In this document: positions 17,525 through 28,058 of the stretch, piece after piece | How positions within the stretch are numbered: position 1 is the stretch's first letter | Layout of the letters: every line of letters begins with the position of its first letter | From: an uncultured Aquihabitans sp. | Lineage (GTDB): Bacteria > Actinomycetota > Acidimicrobiia > Acidimicrobiales > Microtrichaceae | NCBI GenBank assembly: GCA_964575165.1 | Contig: CAZNQK010000003.1 | Coordinates: 10,860 to 74,859, forward strand | Reading direction: 5' to 3' | DNA length: 64,000 nucleotides | The notes under the pieces: generated by a model | Told to the model about the DNA's origin: nothing | Database searches by the model: none | The model's input: only the letters and a program-made list of their open reading frames with translations | Translations under genes and position numbers: made by a program

Positions 17525-18739
17525 GTGACCCAACAGGTGGACCTCGACCGGGCCGCAACCTCGCCGCTGCGTCCCGAGGCCCGCGCTGCGATGGAGCCGT
17601 TCCTCGCCGAGAGGTACGGGAACCCGAGCGCCGCTCACGCTCTCGGGCGCGACGCGGTGCGCGCCCTCGATGAGGCGCGCGAGGTGGTCTCCGACCTGCT
17701 CGGCTGCGCTCCGTCGGAGTTGGTGTTCACCTCGGGTGGCACGGAGTCCGACGTGCATGCCGTGTCGGGTGGGCTGCCGGTGCGCACCGGCCGGGTGCTG
17801 TGCTCCGCCGTCGAGCATCCGGCGGTGCTGCGGACCGTGCAGGCCATGGGCGGCTCCACTGTCCGGGTCGGAGCTGACGGGCGTGTCGACCTCGACGAAC
17901 TGGCGCAGGCGCTGGCGTCGCCCGGTCCGTCGGAGGCGTCGGACGACGTCGGACCCGATCGAGTGTCGCTCGTGTCGGTCATGACTGCCAACAACGAGCT
18001 CGGCACGATCAACGACATCGACGCTGTCGCGGGTGTCCTGGCCGAGCACCCGACGAGAACCCCCACCGGCCACCGGGTCACCCTGCACACCGACGCCGTG
18101 CAGGCTGCGCCCTGGCTAGACGTCGCCCAGCTCACCGCCAGGGCCGACCTCGTCTCGATCTCGGCGCACAAGTTCGGTGGACCCAAGGGGGTCGGCGCGC
18201 TCGTGGTCCGCTCCGGTGCATCCCTTCGCCCGCTCCTCCCGGGTGGTGGGCAGGAGTGGGGCCTGCGCTCGGGAACCACGAACGTCGCCGGCGCGGTCGG
18301 TATGGCCGCCGCGTTCGCGGTCGCGGCAGGCGAGCGTGATGGCAACGGCGCTCGTGTCGCTGCCCTGCGCGACCGACTGGCTGGGCAGCTGTGCACGCTC
18401 GACGGCGTCCGTCGGAGCGTTCCCGCGGGTACTCCCGTCCTGCCCGGAACCCTCCACCTGATCGTCGACGGGGTCGACTCGGAGCCGCTGCTGTTCCTGC
18501 TCGACGAGTCCGGGGTCCTGGCCTCGGCGGCCTCCGCGTGCTCGTCAGGTGCTGCCGCCGCCTCCCACGTGCTCGAGGCCATCGGCATCGACCTCGCAGC
18601 AGGCGGTCCCCGGGCCGCTCTGCGGCTGTCGTTGGGTCACGACATCACCGAGGGCCAAGTGGAGGTCGCGGCCGGTGTCGTACGCGATCGCATCACCCGG
18701 CTGCGATCCGGTGCGGCCCTCGCCGGCGGTCGGACGTGA
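17525..18739 (+). CDS. iscS: Cysteine desulfurase (NifS/IscS class V aminotransferase)
   Basis: FTSGGTESD, the PLP-lysine motif SISAHKFGGPKGVGAL and the active-site Cys loop SACSSG. Translationally coupled to mnmA (GTGA). Confidence 0.85.
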   Translation: MTQQVDLDRAATSPLRPEARAAMEPFLAERYGNPSAAHALGRDAVRALDEAREVVSDLLGCAPSELVFTSGGTESDVHAVSGGLPVRTGRVLCSAVEHPAVLRTVQAMGGSTVRVGADGRVDLDELAQALASPGPSEASDDVGPDRVSLVSVMTANNELGTINDIDAVAGVLAEHPTRTPTGHRVTLHTDAVQAAPWLDVAQLTARADLVSISAHKFGGPKGVGALVVRSGASLRPLLPGGGQEWGLRSGTTNVAGAVGMAAAFAVAAGERDGNGARVAALRDRLAGQLCTLDGVRRSVPAGTPVLPGTLHLIVDGVDSEPLLFLLDESGVLASAASACSSGAAAASHVLEAIGIDLAAGGPRAALRLSLGHDITEGQVEVAAGVVRDRITRLRSGAALAGGRT

Positions 18740-19815
18740 CCGATCGGGTCATGGCCGCGATGTCGGGCGGCGTCGACTCGTCGGTCGCGGTCGCGCTCCT
18801 CCAGCGTGCTGGCCACGAGGTCGTCGGCGTCACCATGAGGTTGTGGGGCGGAGCGTCCGACACCGGATGCTGCTCGGCGTCCGAGGTCGCTGACGCCCGC
18901 CGAGCCGCCGCGAAGCTGGGCGTCGAGCACCACGTGTTCGACTTCTCCGACGAGTTCGACCGCCACGTCGTCGACCCGTACGTCGCCGACCACGCCGCTG
19001 GACGGACCCCGAATCCGTGCGTCGAGTGCAACCGGCACCTCAAGTTCGACCTGCTCCTGCGCCGGGCCGAGCTGCTGGGTTTCGTCGCGATCGCGACCGG
19101 TCACCATGCCCGGATAGTGGAGACACCGACCGGGGTGCGACGGATCGGACGGGGACGGGATCTCGCCAAGGACCAGAGCTACGTGCTGCACCCGATCGTC
19201 GATGCCGACCTCGGACGGGTGCTCCTTCCCATCGGCGGGCTCACCAAGGACGAGGTCCGGGCCGAGGCGGCGGCTCTCGGGCTGCGCACCGCGACCAAGC
19301 CCGACAGCCAGGACGTGTGCTTCATCACCCGCTCGGATGGTCGCGCCGCCTTCCTGCGGGAGCGCATCGACCTGCATCCGGCTGGGATCGTCGATGTCTC
19401 GGGGCGGTCGGTCGGCTCGACCGATGCGGTCGAGCTGGTGACGATCGGCCAGCGCAAGGGACTCGGTCTGGCCGGCGGTTCCGGCCGTCGGTTCGTGGTG
19501 GACGTCGACGTCGCCGAGCGTCGGGTCGTCGTCGGCGGCCGGGAGGACCTCCTGGTCGAGGAACTGGCGCTCGAGGCGGTCAGATGGGCTCCTGACCTGG
19601 ATCCGGCGACGCTCGTCGGCGACGTGGTGCAACTGCAGTGCTCTGCGCACGGCCGGGTCGATGCGGCCGTCGTCGTCGAGGTGAGCGCGGGTCGCTCCGA
19701 GGTGGTGATGCGATGGCTCGAGCCGCGGCGCCGTGTGGCACGGGCGCAGTCGGTCGTGCTGTACGACGGCGACGGCGCGTCGGCCACGGTCCTCGCCGGC
19801 GGTCTCGCGACCTGA
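18736..19815 (+). CDS. mnmA: tRNA 2-thiouridine(34) synthase
   Basis: PP-loop AAMSGGVDSSVAVALL, CCSASEVADARRAAAKLGV, NPCVECNRHLKF and KDQSYVL motifs. GTG 18736 overlaps the iscS stop. Confidence 0.9.
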   Translation: MTDRVMAAMSGGVDSSVAVALLQRAGHEVVGVTMRLWGGASDTGCCSASEVADARRAAAKLGVEHHVFDFSDEFDRHVVDPYVADHAAGRTPNPCVECNRHLKFDLLLRRAELLGFVAIATGHHARIVETPTGVRRIGRGRDLAKDQSYVLHPIVDADLGRVLLPIGGLTKDEVRAEAAALGLRTATKPDSQDVCFITRSDGRAAFLRERIDLHPAGIVDVSGRSVGSTDAVELVTIGQRKGLGLAGGSGRRFVVDVDVAERRVVVGGREDLLVEELALEAVRWAPDLDPATLVGDVVQLQCSAHGRVDAAVVVEVSAGRSEVVMRWLEPRRRVARAQSVVLYDGDGASATVLAGGLAT

Positions 19816-19826
19816 CACGCCAGCAA

Positions 19827-19887
19827 CCCCTGAACTCGGGTCATCTCGCGCCCCATGACGGTGTCAGGCGACCCGAGTTCGGAGGGG
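19827..19887. repeat. Hairpin repeat, copy A2 (core 19832-19880, flanked by CCCC / GGGG extension)
   Basis: GAACTCGGGTCATCTCGCGCCCCATGACGGTGTCAGGCGACCCGAGTTC lies 12 nt after the mnmA stop, in the same orientation as A1. Confidence 0.8.
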
Positions 19888-19906
19888 TGACGGGCGGTCA
19901 GGGGGT

Positions 19907-20800
19907 TCAGGTGCGACCGACCGCGATGCGGCGCTCCTCGGCAGCAGCGAGCATCTCTCCCGGCCGGGACGGGGCGACGAGCACCGACGTCGTCGTCGTC
20001 GGTTCGGCGACGCCGTCGCGTCGCGTCGTCGCCGGGACGAGCTCCACCGGCTCGGACAGGTCGGCCTGGAGGATCAGGCCGGCCGCGTTCGCGCTGAGGT
20101 CGAGCGCGTCCGTGTCGGCCGGCGCCGGGCCCAGCCTGATGATCGAGCTCCGCCGGAGCAGGATCGGCTCGGCCAGCGCCATCGGGTCGACGATCGTCAG
20201 GCCGGCCGGCACCAAGACGAGCCAGCGACGGGTCAGGCGGTCGAGCGCCCGGAAGCCGACCACCGCCAGCCCGACGCCGACCACCGCCATCACGCCACCG
20301 CCGACCCGCTGCCCGTCCGACAGCAGCACGATCGCGACGGGGACGGGGAGCGCGGTGCAGATCCACACCACCTGGATGGGGCCGAGGAGGAGCGGCATAG
20401 GTGGTCGCAGCGCGAGCCGTCGCTCGTCGCCGTAGGACGACCCGTTCACGAAGTCGTCTCCGACCTGGGCCGACATCGCCGTCACCGCGACGACCGCTGC
20501 GACCGCCATGCCCACCCAACCGAGTGCACCCGGAGGTTCGGTGATCGTCGCGATCACTCCGGCCACGAGAGGCAGGGGAACGACGATCCGCAGCACGGTC
20601 AGGGCGACGGGCAGCTGGACGAAGGAGGCGAAGAGGCCGACCGCCCACACCGCCCACGCCAGGATCACGGCTCCCGTCGTTCCGTGCGGTCCTGCTCCGG
20701 ATCCGGAACCGCTGAGCGCGCCGTCGAGGGCGGCTCCGAGGGTGACGGGGAGGAGGACCCACAGGACGCGGGTCACCCAGGTGAGGGGGGAGGCGTGCAC
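19907..20800 (-). CDS. Hypothetical integral membrane protein
   Basis: Multiple hydrophobic helices (VLWVLLPVTLGAAL, AVILAWAVWAVGLFASFV, VVPLPLVAGVIATI ...) with a hydrophilic C-terminus. GTG 20800 was chosen because the ATG at 20887 would overlap the divergent gene. Confidence 0.5.
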   Translation of the reverse strand: MHASPLTWVTRVLWVLLPVTLGAALDGALSGSGSGAGPHGTTGAVILAWAVWAVGLFASFVQLPVALTVLRIVVPLPLVAGVIATITEPPGALGWVGMAVAAVVAVTAMSAQVGDDFVNGSSYGDERRLALRPPMPLLLGPIQVVWICTALPVPVAIVLLSDGQRVGGGVMAVVGVGLAVVGFRALDRLTRRWLVLVPAGLTIVDPMALAEPILLRRSSIIRLGPAPADTDALDLSANAAGLILQADLSEPVELVPATTRRDGVAEPTTTTSVLVAPSRPGEMLAAAEERRIAVGRT

Positions 20801-20850
20801 GGTCGTACAGACTTGCGCGGTTCGGAGACCCACCGCTAGCAACGGGGTCA

Positions 20851-22014
20851 GTGGCAGGTGCAGCCGATCTCGCCTTCGGCCTCGCAACCTCGGTGGGGCC
20901 CGTCCCGTTCTCGTCGGCCGACGAGGCGGTCGACTTCGTGCTGCGCACCCACCCCAGGTTCCCCACCGTTCCGGTCACCGTCGAGCCGGGAGCGTCCCTC
21001 CTGGCCCAGTCCGTGTTCGGCCTCGACGGGATCGAGCTCGTCGAGGACGGGGCGTCGTTGAGCCTCGAGGGCCCGTTGGTCTCTCCCGGCGCCGCTGCCG
21101 AGGCCGCGGGCCGACTCGAGCCGACCGGTCCGCTTCTTGCCGACACCGATGTGCCTGCGGTGGACGCGGCGCCGTTCGGAGCGATCACGGCCTTCGGTCG
21201 GGCCTACGGCTCACGCCTCGTCTGCGCGCGCTCCGCTGGAAAGAACGGACCTGCCGGTTCTGGTCCTCTGGCCGCGGCGATCCGGCTCCCGGTCCTCGGC
21301 CCGGTGACGCTCTCGTGCCACCTGCGTGCAGCGGGGGTGTCCGGCGATGACGCCGATGCCGTCGCAGCGGCAGCGACTGCTGCTCGATCGGTCGCAGCCC
21401 TGCGCGAGCTGCACAGTGCGGTCGACGATGGAACGACAGGTGCACGGCCAACGGCTCCGGGTTCCCGATCGCCGATCGCCGTAGTCCTCTCGGAGCCAGC
21501 GCTCGTCGGCTCCATGCACCCGACGCATCCGGTCCTGCCCGGTCAGGTGCGGACGATGCTGGATCCGGTGATCGACGCTCTCGACATGGCATCGGGTGTG
21601 GATCCGCTGCTCATCGGTGTCCACGTCCCCGGTCAGTGCGACTGGCCGACGGTGGTGGGTTCCGGAGTGTCGTACCTCTCCGTGCCGGTGGACCGGGCTG
21701 TGTCGGGTTGGGCGGCGCTCTTCGGCGATCTCCTTGAACGCGGCGGGCGGATCTGCTGGGGTGCGGTTCCGGTCGACCGCCCGATCGGCACGAGCGAGGC
21801 ACCGCACTGGCGCCGCCTCCTCGGACTCTGGACCGCGCTCGTCGCCGACGGCGTCGACCCCATGCTCCTGCGGTTGCGTTCGACCTTCGCCCCGGCAGAC
21901 GGGCTGGCCCGCTTCGATCCCGACTCCGCGGAGATGGTGATGGACCTGACGGCGGCCGTCGCCGAGAGGGTGGGGCACCAGGCAGTCGCGGCACGTCTCG
22001 CTCTGGGCGCCTGA
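20851..22014 (+). CDS. Conserved hypothetical protein located upstream of ligA (position equivalent to M. tuberculosis Rv3015c)
   Basis: 387-aa ORF with GC3-rich codon usage and no family motif I can name. The synteny argument rests on memory only. Confidence 0.5.
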   Translation: MAGAADLAFGLATSVGPVPFSSADEAVDFVLRTHPRFPTVPVTVEPGASLLAQSVFGLDGIELVEDGASLSLEGPLVSPGAAAEAAGRLEPTGPLLADTDVPAVDAAPFGAITAFGRAYGSRLVCARSAGKNGPAGSGPLAAAIRLPVLGPVTLSCHLRAAGVSGDDADAVAAAATAARSVAALRELHSAVDDGTTGARPTAPGSRSPIAVVLSEPALVGSMHPTHPVLPGQVRTMLDPVIDALDMASGVDPLLIGVHVPGQCDWPTVVGSGVSYLSVPVDRAVSGWAALFGDLLERGGRICWGAVPVDRPIGTSEAPHWRRLLGLWTALVADGVDPMLLRLRSTFAPADGLARFDPDSAEMVMDLTAAVAERVGHQAVAARLALGA

Positions 22015-24842
<2,828 letters not shown>

Positions 24843-25352
24843 TCAGGTCACGTCGAAGCACCAGTTGACCGGCTTGGCGGTGTTCTGGCCATCGGTGGCC
24901 TTCCAGACCATGGCTGTCATGCAGTTGCGGCCGCTCGGCAGCTCCGTGACCGGCCGGCCCTCTCCGGGTGTGAACTGCACGAGGCCCGTGCCGGTCTGGC
25001 GGACCAGGCCGTCGGTGCCCTCGCTGATCTCGTTGCCGTCCACGATCAGGTAGGCGTCGTATCCCTGGGCCACGTCGATGCCGACGGTCGACTGGGCGAG
25101 GATCTCGCTCCCCGACGCGGGGATGAGCCGCTCGACCGATTCCGGCAGGGTCTCTGAGGCGCGGTCCCCGCCGGTCGACGCGACCATCACGGCGCTCACG
25201 ATCCCGGCCACGGCGACGAGCACCAGGAGCGCCATGATCGTGTAGGCCCAGCGGTCCGAGAGCTCCCGCCGGGCGCGGAGTGGTCCGCTGCTCTCTCCGG
25301 TCCGGCTCTCTTCTCCGGGATCCTCGCCGGCACTCGGGTCGTCAGTCATCAC
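24843..25352 (-). CDS. Hypothetical membrane-anchored (N-in, single TM) secreted-domain protein
   Basis: Acidic N-terminus, one TM (WAYTIMALLVLVAVAGIVSAVMV), then a ~110-aa domain. The stop abuts the HAD gene stop (TGA|TCA). Confidence 0.5.
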   Translation of the reverse strand: MMTDDPSAGEDPGEESRTGESSGPLRARRELSDRWAYTIMALLVLVAVAGIVSAVMVASTGGDRASETLPESVERLIPASGSEILAQSTVGIDVAQGYDAYLIVDGNEISEGTDGLVRQTGTGLVQFTPGEGRPVTELPSGRNCMTAMVWKATDGQNTAKPVNWCFDVT

Positions 25353-25419
25353 CCGGAGGTTCTACCCGTCCCCGGCCCTCCATGGGGAGCCCCGGGTCGG
25401 GCGGTACGATCTGGATGTC

Positions 25420-27738
25420 GTGGCGACTCCTTCGAAGAGCAACCAGCTCACCGGCGCGGAGATCGGACGCGAGCTGGGCGGGCGCTACCGCCTCGTCGCG
25501 CCGATCGGCGTCGGGACCTCTGCGCGCGTCTTCCTGGCGGTCGACACCCAGCTCCGACGGCGGGTGGCGATCAAGCTGCTGCACGCCGCCCTGGCGGTCG
25601 ACGACGCCTTCCTGCGTCGATTCCGGGCCGAGGCCCGTGCCGCCGGGGCTCTCAGCCACCCCAACATCGTGGCCGTGTACGACTGGGGTGAGGACGACTC
25701 CGATGGCGTCGTCGTGCCGTACATCGTGACCGAGTACCTCGGTGGGGGGAGTCTCCGGCGGATCCTGGATCGGGGCCGTCCCCTGAGCCCGAGCCAAGCC
25801 CTGATGATCGGCTTGGACACCGCCCAGGCGTTGGGTCACGCGCACCGTCGAGGGCTGATCCACCGGGACGTGAAGCCTGCCAACCTCCTGTTCGACACCG
25901 ATGGTCGTCTTCGCCTCGCCGATTTCGGTCTCGCCCGGGCGCTTGCCGAGGCCGCGTGGACCGAGCCCATGGGCACGATGCTCGGGACGGCCCGGTACGC
26001 GTCGCCGGAACAGGCGATGGGTCGGCGGCTCGACGGTCGCTCCGACGTGTACAGCCTCGCGCTGGTCCTGGTCGAGTGCGTCACCGGTCAGGTCCCGTTC
26101 GCTGCCGACACGACCACGGCCACGCTGGCTCTCCGGACCCAGGGCGACCTCGAGGTCCCCGCGGAGCTCGCTGCGCTGCGGACGACCCTCGAGCGTGCCG
26201 GTCGGCTCGACCCGTCCGAACGGCCTGACGCGGACGAGCTCGAGATCTCTCTCCGGGCCGCTGCCGAGTCGCTGCCGCGCCCTGATCCGCTGCCGCTCGT
26301 GGCGACCTTGGCCGAGGCCGAGATCACCGCCGAGCTCCGCCTGGTCGAGGGGATCGGGGGGCTGGGGGCGGCTGCGGTGCTGTCCGATCCGGGTCTCGAT
26401 CCGGTCACGACCGACGGTTCGGCCCCGGCGCAGGCGGACACGCTTGGCCGGGATCCCGTCGCTCCTGTCGGGGGGACTCCCACCGATGAGGTCGCTCAGG
26501 ACGCCGGTGCCTCCGAGGGGGCTCGGAGCGGCACGGTCGACGAGGTCGACGTCGCCGAGGGCGATGCCGGTGAGGTCGACGTCGCGGAGGGTGGAGCCGC
26601 CGATGGTGGAGCCGCGGAGGGTGGAGCCGATGAGGGCGATGCCGTCGCGATCCTCGAACGCACGCCGATCGTGGTGGCCGAGGAGCACCACCTGCTCGCT
26701 GCGTCGCGTCCGGTGTCGTTCGGGCGGGTCGAGCCGTTCGTTCCCGCCGGAACCGGGGATCCGACCGGGGCCGGCGACGACGATCCGCGACCCGCTCCGC
26801 TCCTGCCTCCCGGTCAGGCTCGGACCTCCGGCTCCTCCAGGTTCCCGGGACGGTTGCTGGCCGCCCTCGCGGTCCTCGCCGTCGCCGGTGTCGCGACGTG
26901 GTGGTTCCTGATCCGCGTCCCGGCCCACGACGTCCCCGATCTGGTGGGCTCGGACGTGGCCGAGTCGCGTGCCGTGGCACGCCAGAACGGCTGGAAGCTC
27001 GACGACGACACCGTCGTGCGGCGTGACGGCACCCGTTCCGGCGAGGTCGTCGAGCAGGATCCCGTTGCGGGTGGGTCGCTGCCCGAGGGTGAGACGCTCA
27101 ACGTGACCGTGTCGCTGGGGCCGACCCTGGTCGCAGTGCCCGAGGTGGCCGGCAGGACCCTCGCTGACGCCACGGCGGCGATCGAGGCGGTGGGCCTCCG
27201 GGTCGGTCAGCAGACCACGGCGCTCGACGAGGGAGTCCCGGCAGGATCGGTCGTCTCCGCCGGCCCAGCGCCGGGACAGGAGGCTCCCGCCGGTGACGGC
27301 ACCGTTCCCAAGGGAACCGAGCTGGCCCTGGTCGTGTCGAGCGGACCCGCGCCCCGTGCGGTTCCCGATGGACTGGGCGGACTCACGATCGCCGAGGCGA
27401 AGGAACGGCTGGCTGCTGTCCAGCTCAAGGCGCAGGTCACCGAGGAGTGGAACGAGACGTTCCCGGCGGGGATCGTCCTCTCGATGGCGACGCCGCCGGG
27501 GACGGAGGTCCCGAGGGACACGGCGATCGGCCTGACGGTCTCCAGAGGTCCCGCACCGATCCCGGTGCCCAACGTCACCGGAATGGTCGGGACCGCTGCG
27601 GCCGCGCAGCTCCAGGCCGCAGGGTTCGGCGTGTCGGGGATCGAGGGGTCACCGTCGAGCGCGGTGCTGGCCACCGACCCCCCTGCGGGCGAGACTCATC
27701 CGCGCGGCACTCCGGTCCGGATCTTCACGCGACGTTGA
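25420..27738 (+). CDS. Ser/Thr protein kinase with four C-terminal PASTA domains (PknB-like)
   Basis: Kinase subdomains GVGTSARVF...AIKLL, HRDVKPANLLF, DFGLARA and SPEQA, then a TM (LLAALAVLAVAGVATWWFLI). Four repeats begin VPDLVG / VPEVAG / VPDGLG / VPNVTG. Confidence 0.85.
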   Translation: MATPSKSNQLTGAEIGRELGGRYRLVAPIGVGTSARVFLAVDTQLRRRVAIKLLHAALAVDDAFLRRFRAEARAAGALSHPNIVAVYDWGEDDSDGVVVPYIVTEYLGGGSLRRILDRGRPLSPSQALMIGLDTAQALGHAHRRGLIHRDVKPANLLFDTDGRLRLADFGLARALAEAAWTEPMGTMLGTARYASPEQAMGRRLDGRSDVYSLALVLVECVTGQVPFAADTTTATLALRTQGDLEVPAELAALRTTLERAGRLDPSERPDADELEISLRAAAESLPRPDPLPLVATLAEAEITAELRLVEGIGGLGAAAVLSDPGLDPVTTDGSAPAQADTLGRDPVAPVGGTPTDEVAQDAGASEGARSGTVDEVDVAEGDAGEVDVAEGGAADGGAAEGGADEGDAVAILERTPIVVAEEHHLLAASRPVSFGRVEPFVPAGTGDPTGAGDDDPRPAPLLPPGQARTSGSSRFPGRLLAALAVLAVAGVATWWFLIRVPAHDVPDLVGSDVAESRAVARQNGWKLDDDTVVRRDGTRSGEVVEQDPVAGGSLPEGETLNVTVSLGPTLVAVPEVAGRTLADATAAIEAVGLRVGQQTTALDEGVPAGSVVSAGPAPGQEAPAGDGTVPKGTELALVVSSGPAPRAVPDGLGGLTIAEAKERLAAVQLKAQVTEEWNETFPAGIVLSMATPPGTEVPRDTAIGLTVSRGPAPIPVPNVTGMVGTAAAAQLQAAGFGVSGIEGSPSSAVLATDPPAGETHPRGTPVRIFTRR

Positions 27739-27895
27739 CCCGCCCGAGGCGCTGCCCGTGACGCTGGCTGGCGACCGGGCCCCTGATGGAGGCGTGCGTA
27801 GACGACCTCCGCTCTGTGTGACGCGGATCGTCAGCATCTCGACATCTGGTCGAAATCCACCACTTGGCGCGTTCGGGCGTTTACGTTGAGCGCAA

Positions 27896-27979
27896 GACGT
27901 CGGATCCGTTGGGGTGGTCAGCCGTGAGTGGTGTTCCCCAGCCGCCACGAGTGGCGGCCACCCCAACCGATCCGACGTC
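27896..27979. other. Long imperfect hairpin (22-bp stem with one mismatch, 40-nt interior holding a nested 8-bp stem and a direct near-repeat) in the pknB-like/MFS spacer
   Basis: GACGTCGGATCCGTTGGGGTGG (27896-27917) pairs with CCACCCCAACCGATCCGACGTC (27958-27979). The interior holds GCCGTGAGTGG (27921-31) / GCCACGAGTGG (27944-54) and GCCGCCAC-GA-GTGGCGGC (27941-58). Confidence 0.5.
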
Positions 27980-28058
27980 ACGCGTCCGGGCCGCCTCGAG
28001 CCCAGGCCTGTCGAGCCCCGATCTGGCGGTCGCTGCCCGGAGGTAGCGTCGGTGCCTC

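Noticed and set aside
17434-19887. Composite mobile element or MITE pair carrying iscS-mnmA.
   Set aside because: The repeats are direct, not inverted relative to each other. No transposase or target duplication is visible, and the cargo is conserved housekeeping genes in their ancestral syntenic position. A terminator or REP-like role is more plausible.
25342-26928. Long shadow ORFs opposite or out of frame to real genes. Examples: 25342..26928(-), 57163..59241(+), 29890..32127(-), 19179..21188(-), 5802..6887(-), 44607..46232(+), 37265..38737(-), 52918..54846(-).
   Set aside because: These are typical high-GC artefacts. Their translations are dominated by Arg/Pro/Gly/Ala with no motifs, and each overlaps a gene with clear family signatures on the other strand or frame.
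27941-27958. Guanidine-II (mini-ykkC) style hairpin with an ACGA loop upstream of an efflux transporter.
   Set aside because: Pairing leaves a 2-4 nt loop that does not present ACGR as required, and no second matching hairpin was found. The resemblance is superficial.
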